64,000 nucleotides of DNA from Octopus bimaculoides (taxonomy: Eukaryota): the NCBI RefSeq assembly GCF_001194135.2, contig NC_068982.1, positions 61,436,867 through 61,500,866 on the forward strand, in the 5' to 3' direction. Shown here one piece after another: positions 12,671 through 26,519 of this stretch. A model generated the notes under the pieces. That model was not told the origin of the DNA. It was given only the letters and a program-made list of their open reading frames with translations, and searched no databases. The position numbers were made by a program, and so were the translations under genes. Position 1 is the stretch's first letter. Each line of letters begins with the position of its first letter.

Positions 12671-13949
12671 CCTTATATATATATATATATATATATNNNN
12701 NNNNNNNNNNNNNNNNNNNNNNNNNNNNNNNNNNNNNNNNNNNNNNNNNNNNNNNNNNNNNNNNNNNNNNNNNNNNNNNNNNNNNNNNNNNNNNNNNNNN
12801 NNNNNNNNNNNNNNNNNNNNNNNNNNNNNNNNNNNNNNNNNNNNNNNNNNNNNNNNNNNNNNNNNNNNNNNNNNNNNNNNNNNNNNNNNNNNNNNNNNNN
12901 NNNNNNNNNNNNNNNNNNNNNNNNNNNNNNNNNNNNNNNNNNNNNNNNNNNNNNNNNNNNNNNNNNNNNNNNNNNNNNNNNNNNNNNNNNNNNNNNNNNN
13001 NNNNNNNNNNNNNNNNNNNNNNNNNNNNNNNNNNNNNNNNNNNNNNNNNNNNNNNNNNNNNNNNNNNNNNNNNNNNNNNNNNNNNNNNNNNNNNNNNNNN
13101 NNNNNNNNNNNNNNNNNNNNNNNNNNNNNNNNNNNNNNNNNNNNNNNNNNNNNNNNNNNNNNNNNNNNNNNNNNNNNNNNNNNNNNNNNNNNNNNNNNNN
13201 NNNNNNNNNNNNNNNNNNNNNNNNNNNNNNNNNNNNNNNNNNNNNNNNNNNNNNNNNNNNNNNNNNNNNNNNNNNNNNNNNNNNNNNNNNNNNNNNNNNN
13301 NNNNNNNNNNNNNNNNNNNNNNNNNNNNNNNNNNNNNNNNNNNNNNNNNNNNNNNNNNNNNNNNNNNNNNNNNNNNNNNNNNNNNNNNNNNNNNNNNNNN
13401 NNNNNNNNNNNNNNNNNNNNNNNNNNNNNNNNNNNNNNNNNNNNNNNNNNNNNNNNNNNNNNNNNNNNNNNNNNNNTATATATGCATGTATGTATGCATG
13501 TATGTATGTAAGTATACACATATACATATATATATATACACACACATATACATACACATATATGCATGTACACACACACACATACATATGCATACAAATA
13601 ATTGATTTTAGGAAGGGCATCCACCTGTACAAACTATGGAGTCCTTGGACTCATCAAATCCTGTCAAACCATACAATACATGCGAACATATAATTATTAC
13701 CTTGATGCTATTAATATGAAGCTGTAATAATTACATAGGATCATTCTTATATAAATCATTCAGCCTGGCAATCTTCAATGACAGAAATGTAAAGATGCTA
13801 TAAGTAAAAAATTTCAGAACAAACTCAATTGTTTTTTTTTCCTATGTATATTGTATGATCTTTATAACTGTGGAAACCAATAACAAGAGACTTCAACTAA
13901 ATAACAGGAATTTTCTCAACTGCTTTTTAACACACAACATTCTAAAACA

Positions 13950-14750
13950 CTGGTCATATACTGGCGATGTGGCTAACCATACCATAACCAGCTAACCGAT
14001 TTATGGTATGGGGGGTAGGAGACTCAAAGAGAAATTAACAGAGAACTCCATGACCCTAACCATGTACTTTCACTATGTGGACAATATCAACATAGTAACC
14101 AAAACACCCCTACAAGACAAGATTGATGATCTAGAAGCTAACACTATGGAGAGCATCCAGCAAATAGCTAACTCCATCCATCAGAGTATCAAAGTAATGA
14201 TAGACTACCCTAACAAGGAATAAGTTCCAGATCCTTCACTCCCATTATGCCAAACTCATGGCCTGTAAATACCTTGTCCACAAGAACATAGCCATTGTGC
14301 ACAACACCAAGTTCAATATTCTTATAGCAGACTTGGTGAGAGTGATGAGGAATGCGTTTCGCATGTAAGACTCTATGGAATTGGAAAGACACATACAACA
14401 CTTCATCCACTGCATGCAGTTCTCTGGCTACAACCAAAGGGACAGGATTAGAGTGCACAAAGGAGCCAGGGCTAAGTACAAAGCCATCATAGAGTGATGC
14501 AAAAGGGATCTGCCCACTATAAATGAGTAAATCCTGGAACAGCACAGAAAGGACCAGAAAAAAGATAAATAAGGCCAACTCATGGCGTGACAACAAAAAA
14601 TACCAGAGTGTTGCATTTGTTGATGCTACCCCTGATGGCAAACTAGCATATCTTTTTAGAAAAACATTAGATAAGGCCAATCTAAGAATTAAAGTAGTAG
14701 AAAGGACTGGTGTCCCTATAAAATCCCTGATGTGTAGAACTTATCCCCGT
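13950..14750 (+). mobile_element. Decayed Penelope-like element, RT C-terminal/thumb region
   Basis: Frameshifted translation: FMVWGGRRLKEKL...MYFHYVDNINIV (YVDD-like), IKVMIDYP, and FVDATPDGKLAYLFRKTL...IKVVERTGVPIKSLM...YP, characteristic of Penelope-like RT C-termini. Confidence 0.8.
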
Positions 14751-14868
14751 AACTTAGTAGTTCAGCAAAAATGACTGATAGAATAAGTACTAGGCTTACA
14801 AAGTTCTAGTGTCAATTTGTTCGACTAAAGGCAAATGGCTGAAACAAGCAAAAGAATATATATATGTG

Positions 14869-15223
14869 TGTGTGGTAAGTAGCTGGCTTACCAACCACAT
14901 GGTCCCGGATTTAGTCCCACTGTGTGGCACCTTGGGCAAGTGTCTTCTACTATAGCCTTGGGCCGACCAAAGCCTTGTGAGTGGATTTGGTAGATGGAAA
15001 CTGGAAGAAGCCCATCGTATATGTATATATATGTATATGTATGTGTGTGTATATGTTTGTGTGTCTATGTTTGTCCCCCCAACATCACTTGACCAACTTA
15101 GCAGTTCGGCAAAAGAGACCGATAACTACTAGGCTTACAAAGAATAAGCTCTGGGGTTGATTTGCTTGACTAAAAGGCAGTGCTCCAGCATGGCCGAAGT
15201 CAAATGACTGAAACAAGTAAAAG
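14869..15223 (+). mobile_element. SINE family A copy, preceded by a tail fragment at 14750-14855
   Basis: Head, CORE-like domain, internal (TA/TG)n and tail all match the family. Confidence 0.9.
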
Positions 15224-15295
15224 ATATATATAGAGAGAGAGAGAGTCACACTCCTTTCACACTCTCACAAAGTTACCTATTCCTCCATCCTTTCT

Positions 15296-15358
15296 AATCT
15301 TCTATCTCTCTTCTCTAATCTTCTATCTCTCTTCTCTAATCCTCTATCTCTCTTCTCA
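15296..15358. repeat. Three tandem copies of a 21-bp unit (ctaatcttctatctctcttct)
   Basis: Seen directly. Confidence 0.85.
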
Positions 15359-15754
15359 CTCTACATTCAGCTTATACTTTGAAATATGCCCTTACCATCT
15401 CTTCCTCTTTTTCCATTTGGAGAAACTATGTATCTCTTCTTCATCAAGATACCTGTTCTTGTCCCTCTATCATCCTTGAACTTCTCAACACTAGCCATAA
15501 AGCTACATCCCTCAATACTACACTCCCACCCACCATTTGAGGAATTTTGTCTAGCAAGTTATTTGGTCAATCATGATGGTGCCATGATAAAAAGTACCCA
15601 GCACAGTCTGTAAAGTGGCTGGCGTTAGGAAGGACATCAGCCATAGAAACTAGACCCAAGTCCCTGTCAAACTGTAGATATATATATACATATATCTATA
15701 TACACACACATATGTATGTACATGCATGTATATATACAAATATATAAGTACATA

Positions 15755-15801
<47 letters not shown>

Positions 15802-17319
15802 CAATTTTTTTTCTCCGTGTTATTCTCCTATTTTTCTCTGTGTTCTTTCTGTTGAAGAGCGTAGCTCGAAACATTAAAGACTTTCTCTATTCCCGAGCGT
15901 TAAACTAATACATCCTTTTGTTGTTTACACCACCTGTCCTCGTCTGTTGTTGTTTTTTTCGTAAATTCTCCCATATATATATGTATGTATATATNNNNNN
16001 NNNNNNNNNNNNNNNNNNNNNNNNNNNNNNNNNNNNNNNNNNNNNNNNNNNNNNNNNNNNNNNNNNNNNNNNNNNNNNNNNNNNNNNNNNNNNNNNNNNN
16101 NNNNNNNNNNNNNNNNNNNNNNNNNNNNNNNNNNNNNNNNNNNNNNNNNNNNNNNNNNNNNNNNNNNNNNNNNNNNNNNNNNNNNNNNNNNNNNNNNNNN
16201 NNNNNNNNNNNNNNNNNNNNNNNNNNNNNNNNNNNNNNNNNNNNNNNNNNNNNNNNNNNNNNNNNNNNNNNNNNNNNNNNNNNNNNNNNNNNNNNNNNNN
16301 NNNNNNNNNNNNNNNNNNNNNNNNNNNNNNNNNNNNNNNNNNNNNNNNNNNNNNNNNNNNNNNNNNNNNNNNNNNNNNNNNNNNNNNNNNNNNNNNNNNN
16401 NNNNNNNNNNNNNNNNNNNNNNNNNNNNNNNNNNNNNNNNNNNNNNNNNNNNNNNNNNNNNNNNNNNNNNNNNNNNNNNNNNNNNNNNNNNNNNNNNNNN
16501 NNNNNNNNNNNNNNNNNNNNNNNNNNNNNNNNNNNNNNNNNNNNNNNNNNNNNNNNNNNNNNNNNNNNNNNNNNNNNNNNNNNNNNNNNNNNNNNNNNNN
16601 NNNNNNNNNNNNNNNNNNNNNNNNNNNNNNNNNNNNNNNNNNNNNNNNNNNNNNNNNNNNNNNNNNNNNNNNNNNNNNNNNNNNNNNNNNNNNNNNNNNN
16701 NNNNNNNNNNNNNNNNNNNNNNNNNNNNNNNNNNNNNNNNNNNNNNNNNNNNNNNNNNNNTATATATATATATATATTTTTACAGAGACACACACACAGA
16801 TACATATATCATCTATTATCATTCCATATCAATTTTGACAGGTTTAGTTGACCAAATCAACCCCAGTACTTATTTGAAACCAGGTACTTATTTGATCAGT
16901 GTAATTTTTGCCAAACCACTATGTTATGGGGACATGAGCAAAGCAGCATTAGCTTCCTTGTGTGTGTGTGGGTGTGTGTGTGTGTGTTTGCAGGCATCGA
17001 AGCTTGGTGTAGTCCTCCGGCTCATCAGTTCCTGTCACTGTCCAACTCATGCCAGCATGGAATATGGATGGTCAATGATGTTGATGATGATGATGATGTG
17101 AATGCGTGTGTACATATGTGTATATATTTATANNNNNNNNNNNNNNNNNNNNNNNNNNNNNNNNNNNNNNNNNNNNNNNNNNNNNNNNNNNNNNNNNNNN
17201 NNNNNNNNNNNNNNNNNNNNNNNNNNNNNNNNNNNNNNNNNNNNNNNNNNNNNNNNNNNNNNNNNNNNNNNNNNNNNNNNNNNNNNNNNNNNNNNNNNNN
17301 NNNNNNNNNNNNNNNNNNN

Positions 17320-17368
<49 letters not shown>

Positions 17369-17379
17369 ATGTATATAAA

Positions 17380-18240
17380 TGAAATACACAAATAAAGAAA
17401 ATTAAATGAAAGAAAATAGATAAAAAAAATTCTGAAGGAGGAGGAGAAAGAAAAAAGTTCCAAAAGCATAATTTGCCTTAAAAATAGGAAAAGGCAAAAA
17501 AGAAATTGTAAATAAATATGAATGTAAGCTAGTGGGTATGTGAATGTTTTTGTTTGTGGTATCAGATTAACAAAGACTACGAAGAGAGAGGAAAGATCAG
17601 AGAGAGGTATTTGACAGACATTATTGGACAATGAAACAACAAAGTAACAAAAGGAAAAATGAAGAAGTCTTGGAGAAAAGAACATTCTAGAAGGAAAGAA
17701 GGAATCAAATGAAATGATAAAATACAAATAGAAAAATGAAAATAACAGGAAATTGTTTTTGTTATGATTTATTAGCTTTGGTTGCATGTTCATGAGTAAA
17801 GGTGAGAGGGAGAGTGTGGTGAGACAGAGAAAGAAATGGATAGTGTAGAGACAAGAACGCAATCAATAGAGTGCAGATTGCTGTTATTAGCAGTTATTTG
17901 CACATATAGGACAGAGATGAATTTGAAGGGTAAAGAGTGTGGGAATGAGAAGAATGGAAAGAAGAAAGTAAGACAGAGAGAGAGGAGGAGAGAGAAAGAA
18001 TTGGAGAGAACAGTAGAATGGGGGATAGAGGGAATATGAAAAGAAAGCATATGGAAAAGACAAAAGAAAAAAGACTGAGAAAGAACAACATAAAGACTGT
18101 GAGTGGGGACACGAAAGTGGGAAGAGAATAAGTAGAAGAAAATAGAAGAGGAAGCAGTAAAAATGAGATGGAAATGTGAAAACTAAAATGGAGAAAGTGG
18201 ACAGCAAGAAGAGAAACAAGATTATGAGAAAGTGTCAAAA
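17380..18240. repeat. Long purine-rich (GA/AAG) low-complexity tract
   Basis: Composition seen directly; no regular unit. Confidence 0.75.
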
Positions 18241-20835
18241 TATCAAAGACCCATTGGGCTTTGATGATTCTAGCTGGGAGCTTAACATTTTCAACAAGGC
18301 TCCATTTCTAACTCAAGCAATCTGAATGAAAAATAACATGCGAGTAACCTTGAAGTGAATAATTTTGACACAGCTACCTCATTGCATATGTCCAAGAAGA
18401 AATTGTACAGAAACAAATGTCAAAAACAGGCTATTTAGGAAAGATAAATTGGGGTAATTTATAACAAAGTCCAAAGAGATGACCTTCAGTAAATACTAAA
18501 CAGCTATCTAAAATATTTTACTTTGATGGCAGTTTTCTCTGTTAATTCATTAACTACAAAAACATTTGGCTGGTTGAAGAACAAGAATAAAAGTTGCAAA
18601 GACAATTCTTCAGTCTTTAAGTAGTCAGAACAAACGTTGTCACATGTCAGTTCTCTTCTTTTTAATTTCTTCTATTCTTTATTTCTTTTATTAGAAAANN
18701 NNNNNNNNATTTTTTTTTTTTTTTTTTTTTGTTATTTTCACAATTGATTTTCTCAAAAGTTTTGCTGAGTGATCTCTTAGAAACAAAACCCATATGTATG
18801 AAGTTTTTAGAATGAAGGAAGAAGATTATAGAAAACCAAGATGGTTCTAAAACAATAAAACATTAAATATCCATTTTATTCTGAAACTAAGGCATTGTGA
18901 TGCTCTTTTATGGTTGAGGCTGAAATAGAAGTGGGGAAATAAGCAGAAGAGATGGCAGAAAAATAGCAAAGAAGGCAATAAAATATTGAGGTGGAAAAGT
19001 GAACATTTCTATTGAGCTAATGTTTATTATCATTACATTTAGTCAAGTGGCCATACTATCAACAGACCATAATATTCTGTACATACTTCCATATGTGCAT
19101 AACAACTATTTTGATTGATTGTCCCATAATCCTGGGGTGAATTCTAACTTCTTAGGCTGCTACCCTAACAACTCAGTCAGCTATGACTCCCATATAGAGA
19201 ATGAAGAAAGGAAATTTATTATATTTTAGACATTTCAACATCCATTTTTCAATGCTACAATAGGTTGGGTAGTTCCATATTTTTAAGTATTTGTATTAAT
19301 TATTGGATCAAGTGTTTGTTTATGGACAAATGTCCTTCCAGACATCTATATTGCTTGCTGTGAAATAGCAGTTGTATATCTTTTCAACCAAGTAATATAC
19401 TTTGTGTATTAGATAACTTGTCTACAGCAGAATTTGAACTCATATACTTCAGAAATAAAATACTTAATCTGCAGCTACCTATAATGTTTTCTTGAATTTA
19501 TTCTTTAAATTATTTATTTTAATGGAAAAATTCTTTTGCATTTTTTGCCTCTTTCAAAACTGTTTAGAGCTGTCATATGTAATAAATATATACATTTGGA
19601 GTAGATTTTAATCTCTATTAATTCTATACAAATTCTTTCTTATATTAAAAGAAAAAAGATATTTGATCATATTTTATAAAATATGATGGAGCAGGTTATT
19701 TCCTAGTAACAGTCACCTCCAACAAAACTCACTGAAAGAACTGGATATTCTAGCTCTAACCCATTAGCATTTAANNNNNNNNNNNNNNNNNNNNNNNNNN
19801 NNNNNNNNNNNNNNNNNNNNNNNNNNNNNNNNNNNNNNNNNNNNNNNNNNNNNNNNNNNNNNNNNNNNNNNNNNNNNNNNNNNNNNNNNNNNNNNNNNNN
19901 NNNNNNNNNNNNNNNNNNNNNNNNNNNNNNNNNNTTGTCTCCACTGCTGAAGTATAGCTTTGAGTGAACTACTTCCTTAAGATTTATACAGAATCATCAA
20001 TTACAAAAGTTTCCATAATTCTAGTTTATGAAATCAATTTTCATAAAAAATGTACTTCTTTTATGAGAAAAAAAAAGAAAGAAAGAAAGAAAGAAAGAAA
20101 ATGATTGCAGAACACAAGAGAGAACTCAAAGAAACTCTCAACTAGATTCCAATCTTAAACAAACAATAACTTCAAATAAGTGAGTTTGAGTCATTGATTC
20201 ACTACCAAGAATTTATTACATTTTCAGCTGATTACATAAACACTAAAATTATGAATTACATCAATCTCAACAGTCTGGGAGTGTCTGAGGGGAAATAGAT
20301 GAAAAATGTCTAGGGGGCACTGCTTCTCTTCCTCAGATGAAATTATTAGAGAAATATGAAATGAAAAATAAAATAATAATAATAACAATGTTAATCTCAG
20401 TTGGAAACTTGAACTAAACTTGTTCTGCTATCTAAAAAACGTGACATACAAGACTACAATATTTTGAAGTAACAGATAAGATATAAATGTAAATAATCAT
20501 AATGAATATTATTATCACCAATTTGAGGGATAACAGAGAAACAGATGCTAGTAATAGGATTAGAACCAGGTATTTATAGTTTGTGAAGTGAAGGTGCCTG
20601 GCCTAGTGGTTAGAGTGTTGCACTCATGATTGCAAGATGATGGTTTCAATTCCCAAACAAGGCACTGCATTGTTCTTGAGCAAAACACTTAATTTCGCAT
20701 TGCTTTAGTCTGCTCAGCTGTAAATGAGTAACTCTGCAATGAACTGTTATCCTGTTCAGGAGGAGTGTGGTGATCTTGGGCACTTAGATACCATGGAAAC
20801 TGGGTAACTGATTCAGTGAATTTTAGGACCCAAGG

Positions 20836-21080
20836 CATCATCATCATCATTTAACGTCTGTTTTCCATGTTGGCATGGATTAGAAGGTTCAGCCAGAGCT
20901 GGTAAGGCCAGGGGCTACATCAGGCTCCATTGTCTGTTCTGGCATGGTTTCTGTAGCTGGATGCCCTTCCTAGCACCAACCACTCTACAGAGTGTACTGG
21001 GTGCTTTTTATGTGACACCAGCACCAGTGCTTTTAATATGGCACTAGAATGAGTGCTTTTTATGTGGCACCAGCTGCTGT
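20836..21080 (-). mobile_element. RTE-derived 3' end (family C), reverse orientation
   Basis: catcatcatttaacgtctgttttccatgttggcatgg...gatgcccttcctagcaccaaccactc...gtgctttttatgtg repeats. Confidence 0.85.
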
Positions 21081-21290
21081 GGTGGATGGGTCTTCTTGAG
21101 ACAGTAATGTATAATCTATAGCTTGCCATGTAACCACAATTATAATACCTAGTTTCAGAAAAGAAAATGGAAGAAGCTCTGTATTGTAATGTAAAGTAAT
21201 GGTTAGAAGACTGGTTAACAGGCAACAGACACATGGCTTAAATCATGTCAGTAGCCTTGTTTCTCCCAACTGTCTCAAATTGATGCTTAC

Positions 21291-21358
21291 AGCATCTAAT
21301 AACAGAAAATACAATTTCTTTGGAAATAAATCCTTACTGAGAATATGTTTCAACGCTG
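21291..21358 (-). CDS. Candidate exon of the - strand gene, (x)ALKHILSKDLFPKKLYFLLLDA, phase 1 to 0
   Basis: Acceptor ctccattgtagtgttttgtag|, 68 nt open, donor GCT|gtaagc. An alternative acceptor 10 nt upstream would give a 78-nt phase 0-0 exon. Family not recognised. Confidence 0.35.
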
Positions 21359-22038
21359 CTACAAAACACTACAATGGAGGTCACATGCAGTGATATAAAA
21401 TAGTATTTCCCTTTCGACATCAAAGCAACACTGAAGGGTTGGACAATTGAACACCTCTCTTCAATGTTTCAATGCAGTATACATACAGACTGTTGCTTAT
21501 ACCTATAGACATATGTCTTAGCAAGTTTTCAAAATTTCTGAGGAGTTCATTTACACAAATCTTTGTCATTCTCCACCACAACACAAAACATGCCACTGTT
21601 TTATGCATTGATTTATACGATTGATTTTGGTTTAGGATTTCTTAAGCCTGATTTATTTTCTTTGCAAATAAAAACTTATTTCGATAATGAAACAAAAAAA
21701 AAAAAACAGGGAAAACATGNNNNNNNNNNAAAAAAAAAAAAAAACAGGGAAAACATGGGAGAAAAGATTGATGGTGTACACAAAGTAAAAAACAGAAAAA
21801 GTCAAAACTGATGCATTTAGCCTTGCCTTAGGGCAGTTGCATCAAATAGACTTTCAGTTCAATATAAACTAAGAGAAACATGCTAAAGATGTGAGTAATA
21901 AAACAGAACATTATTAGACTGTCAATTTTCATTTTAGATCTTGTTTAAATAGAAAGGACAATAATGAAAAGGAGGAAAGTATTATAGATATAGTACCTTC
22001 TTATGTGTATGTGTATGCATGTGTACAGGTGTGTGAAC

Positions 22039-22084
<46 letters not shown>

Positions 22085-22517
22085 ATGCATATATACATAC
22101 ATACATACATACATACATACACATATATATATATATATACATAAAGAGGAAAGAGAAAGAGAGAGTAGGAGACTGAAAACTACTGCTCAAATAAAACCTT
22201 TGAAGGTGATGCCCCAATATGGCTGCAATCCAGTGACTTAAACCAGTAAAATGATAAATGAATATATGTAGGCAATACATATGTTCCCTAAATGAAGTGG
22301 GCAAATAACAACATGACTGCCCAAACTCATGATCTTTAGCGAGACACCACTTTATGTAATAATGTACCTTATGTAGCCCAGACTGCAAGATTGACACAAC
22401 ATGGTATGATGCACTGCATTTCACCCTTCAAGGACAGTCGCAGGATGGGTTGAAACGATCGTCATAGAAAATAAAGAGTTATACTAGTTCCATCTTCTGT
22501 TTACTTAATTGATTATT

Positions 22518-22581
<64 letters not shown>

Positions 22582-23316
22582 TACATATATATATATATGT
22601 CATTTGACTGTGGCCATTCTGGAGCACTGCCTTTAGTTGAACAGAGAGAGAGACAGACAGACAACCAGATAGAAATGCACACACACATGTATGTATGCAT
22701 GTATGTCTCTATGCAACAAATCCATAAACGTCTCAAAATTATTTTTAAAAATAAAATCATTAGTTAAACGACATATAGCACATTATTTTAAAGCTTAAAC
22801 TTTGTAGATTTAGATTCTAGGTAGAAAGAAATCTTCAAAGAAATACTTCAAAGTATTATCTTTTTTAAAATAAAATTTTGGCAAAAATTATTCTCTTTTA
22901 TTTGTAAAAAGTAAGAGCCCCATTTACTTCACTAACTTTATTATCATTCACCAATTTCACCTGAATTGGTACTTCAAGTTGTCATCTTTTAGTAAACTGT
23001 AAATTAATTATTTAGAATTTGTCCAAAAGGTTGAATAGGCAGGTTCATTCCTTAACTAGTTGTCATGCTGTTACATGTCACATCGTTACAAAATCACACT
23101 GTTTACATTGTGATTTTGAATATTTCTTTCAAGATTGTAAACTTGTAAAACAAACATTTGTGAAAGAGAAATATGGGTCCCAATGATGTTCATCCTAACA
23201 CTAAGAAATGTACCACATAACAGCATGACAAAATATTCTCACACTTTTTCTGTAAGAGATTCTCACACTTTATTAAGGTAATCCTTTACTTTTTGCATTA
23301 CGTTTTTGTTATTTGC

Positions 23317-23585
23317 TAACCCTTTCAGGCACAATGTTTTTAATAAAAAAATAAATAAATAAATAAAAAACAATTACTCTCTTTTACTTGTTTCAGTCAT
23401 TTGACTGTGGCCATGCTGGAGCACCGCCTTTAGTGAAGCAAATCGATCCCAGGACTTATTCTTTGGAAGCCTAGTACTTATTCTATCGGTCTCTTTTGCT
23501 GAACCGCTAAGTTATGGGGACGTAAACACACCAGTATCGGTTGTCAAGCAATGTTGGGGGGACAAACACAGACACACAAACATAT

Positions 23586-23653
<68 letters not shown>

Positions 23654-23877
23654 GACGGGCTTCTTTCAGTTTCCGTCTACCAAATCCACTCACAAGGCTT
23701 TGGTCGGCCCGAGGCTATAGTAGAAGACACTTGCCCAAGGTGCCACGCAATGGGACTGAACCTGGAACCATGTGGTTGGCAAGCAAGCTACTTACCACAC
23801 AGCCACTCCTTAATAATACAAATACTAATACATTATTTTATTATTAATTTTCAAAAACCAATGCCTGAAAGGGTTAA
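23317..23877. mobile_element. Short TTAA-MITE (family F) nested in the Sola-like element and containing a SINE A
   Basis: (c)TAA|ccctttcaggca...tgcctgaaaggg|TTAA inverted termini. Confidence 0.8.
23376..23810 (-). mobile_element. Near full-length SINE family A copy
   Basis: Tail (tactctcttttacttgtttcagtc) to head (accacacagccactcct), with an internal (CA)n(TA)n at ~23585-23652. Confidence 0.95.
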
Positions 23878-23974
23878 CAATGATAATACAATATCAAGCT
23901 GCCTATTTCAGTAAAGAATTATGTGAGGATAGGAATCCTCACACCTTTAGAAATTTTTCTCATTTTAGCCTAAA

Positions 23975-25720
23975 ATGCCCTTTAGCAGTGTAGAATGTGA
24001 AAAGAGATATCAGGTAAAGTTAAAGGAAAGAGTGAACACCAAGGAATGGAAGTTAAAAGAATCTGAGCAAAGGAAAAAGAAGAGAAATGAGAATCTTGAA
24101 GCAACAAGAGCTGGAAAAACAAACTCTCCAGCATATAAAACAAAAGGGACACAAATCTCCAAGAAAGCGTTCAAAAGTTGTAAGAGAATTACTGTGTATG
24201 ACAGGAGATGATGACATTCCTGTGGGTTCAAGTAAAGAAGGGCAACCTAACCTTAACTTGAATTTGAAAAGTAAAGTTCAGGAATTCTATGAATGTGGTG
24301 ATAACTCAAGAATGTCATCAGGAAAATGAGATACAATAAGGGTTCAAAGCAATGGGCATAAGGAAATTCGTCAGAAGAGACATCTGTATGTCACAATTGA
24401 TGAACTTTATAGTTTATTCAAAGAAGAGTTTCCAAACGATTATATCAGTAGTGCAAAGTTTGCTGAACTTCAACCAGGTCATGTCCTTTTATTAAAAGAT
24501 ATGCCAAAGAGATTATTCTTATGTAATAACCCATGAAAACTTCATCATGTTGATTGAAGCCAATCACAGAGTTGACCAAACTGTTCCATTGTATTCACAT
24601 GATTTCGTTTCTGATCTTGTTTGTAACCCCACTATTGAACTTTGTTGGAATAATATCTGTTCAATTCGCCAGAATGAAAAGCTTTTCAAGTTTGACTCAG
24701 AATCTTTAGAGGAAGAAGTCACATGGTTTCAGTGACAGGAAAAGGAGTAACTTCAAAAGCTGGAAATTAATGGATTGATGAAGGAAGCCATTGAAGAGTT
24801 AAAGCAACAAATTCTACCATTCCTGCTGCATCACTATATAAAACAAAAGCAAGCTTCAATGTACAATTCCCATAAGTCACAAACTCATAATGACACAAAT
24901 TTGGCAATGTTACAGATAGATTTTTCAGAGAACTACTCAACATTGTGTCAAGATGAAATTCAGTCCACCCGTTGGCACAAAACACAGATAACAGTTTTTA
25001 GTGCAGCTTTATGGAAGCTTGGTGAATGCCACCCGGCAGTCACTGTCTCTGATGACCTATCACATCCAAAAGAAGCCATATTGATTTTGCCTTGTTAACT
25101 TCTTTATTACAAAGAGATGCACACGTTCTGCAAATCTGATCTGATGGACCAAACAGCCAATTTAAAAACAGAATTATTGCTAATTGTTTACAATGGTTTG
25201 AAGATAAATTTTCAATAAAATTGCATTGGATCTTCTTTGCTACTAGTCATAGAAAGGGACCAGTTGATGGTATAGGGGGTACAATAAAATGCACTGCAGC
25301 TAATCTGGTGACATGCAGAAAAGCACAGATCTATGATGCCAATTCCTTTTCCAATGTAGTCAAATCCTAGTCCAAAGTCAGTGTTTTGTACATCCCAAGT
25401 ACAGAGATGGAAAATAAAATAAAATCATTTGGCTTGGATCATCTCATTCACAATGCTTTGACATTGACAGGAATTTCAACAGCCCAGCATCTCGAATCCT
25501 CTGAACAGTCAATTGTCATATATCCTTATACAGGTGCTTTGTACACGGTACATAATCTTGAAAGTGTTCTGCAGGGAAATAAAGACAGTGCTGAAGATGA
25601 AAATGAAATCCAAGTTTTTAAGAATGGGATGTTTGTAACCATTCCTTATGAGTTCGCAACAAGCAAGGGCAACATTACCAAAAAAATTGATTGGCCTAAT
25701 TTTCTATGCAGATAGGCTCT
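23975..25720 (+). pseudogene. Transposase pseudogene with several stops and frameshifts
   Basis: Stitched translation: SPAYKTK...KSPRKRSKVVREL...VQEFYECGDNSRMSSGK*DTI...RQKRHL...ELYSLFKEEFP...KFAELQP; LQIDFSENYSTLCQDEIQSTRWHKTQIT; SDGPNSQFKN; WIFFATSHRKGPVDGIGG. This D..SDG..QFKN..FATSHGKGP.DG catalytic pattern belongs to a widespread invertebrate transposase family; the Sola assignment is from recall. Confidence 0.85.
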
Positions 25721-26519
25721 ACTTTTAAAGCTACAGTATGGGAAGCCTGTAGGGTCTTTAAGATGTCTTTCTCTTGTGCCCAAGGATATAGGGTAGATTT
25801 CTAGTTCACAAGTGTTGGAAATTTTATAAATGGGTGTTTATGAATTTTCTGAAAACATTGATGTAGATATTTTTTAGTTTTACCTTAAATTTTAATTTGT
25901 ATCTCACTATTTTTGAAGTTTTAATGATATTTATCTTGCTTATTGTTATTTCTTGTGAAAAGAAAGTTCTAAGCATGCAATGATTTTCTTCCAATTGATC
26001 TTTCTATTCCATTCCTTTGATAGAAATGCCTCTTGTCATGCTGTTATACTGGGTGCACTGACTAAAACTGAGTAAAATATTGAAATACTCATACATTCAA
26101 TTTAAGCTACTGCAATCCTTAAACTAGATACCTTAGAGCATCTTAGTATAAGATTTTGAAAATTCCCTTTCATTAGCTTGTTACAATAAATGAAGGTAAT
26201 TATAATTTTTTAACGGAAGCTTTTTGTCATGCAATTACACACGTTTTTTGGCCATTACGAAAAAATGCTAAGTAAGAAAAATAAATTTTATGACTTGATT
26301 TAACCTTTTACATATAGACAAACACATGTGCAAATTGTTAGTTGAAGATTTGCTCAAAATTGTTTTAGCAGATAAGATTGTAGTCAAATGTGACGCTGTT
26401 ACAGTTATGGATTTGCTGTATGTATATTCCAGACTGTTTGTTCATAAGGACATGGCTTAGAGACATAAAAGAATACGATTATAAAGATATGAACTACTAA
26501 TAGTTTTTTGATGTGGCAA

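Larger units (their letters stand above)
23050..26410 (+). mobile_element. Decayed DNA transposon, Sola-like (probably Sola2), with a disrupted transposase; ends approximate
   Basis: See the pseudogene entry. A recurrent ttgtcatgctgtta motif occurs at both ends: 23060 (+), 23217 (-), 26033 (+), with variants at 26224 and 26389. Confidence 0.65.

Noticed and set aside
21690-21760. Direct repeat aaaaaaacagggaaaacatg either side of a 10-N gap
   Set aside because: Typical unmerged contig overlap (assembly artefact).
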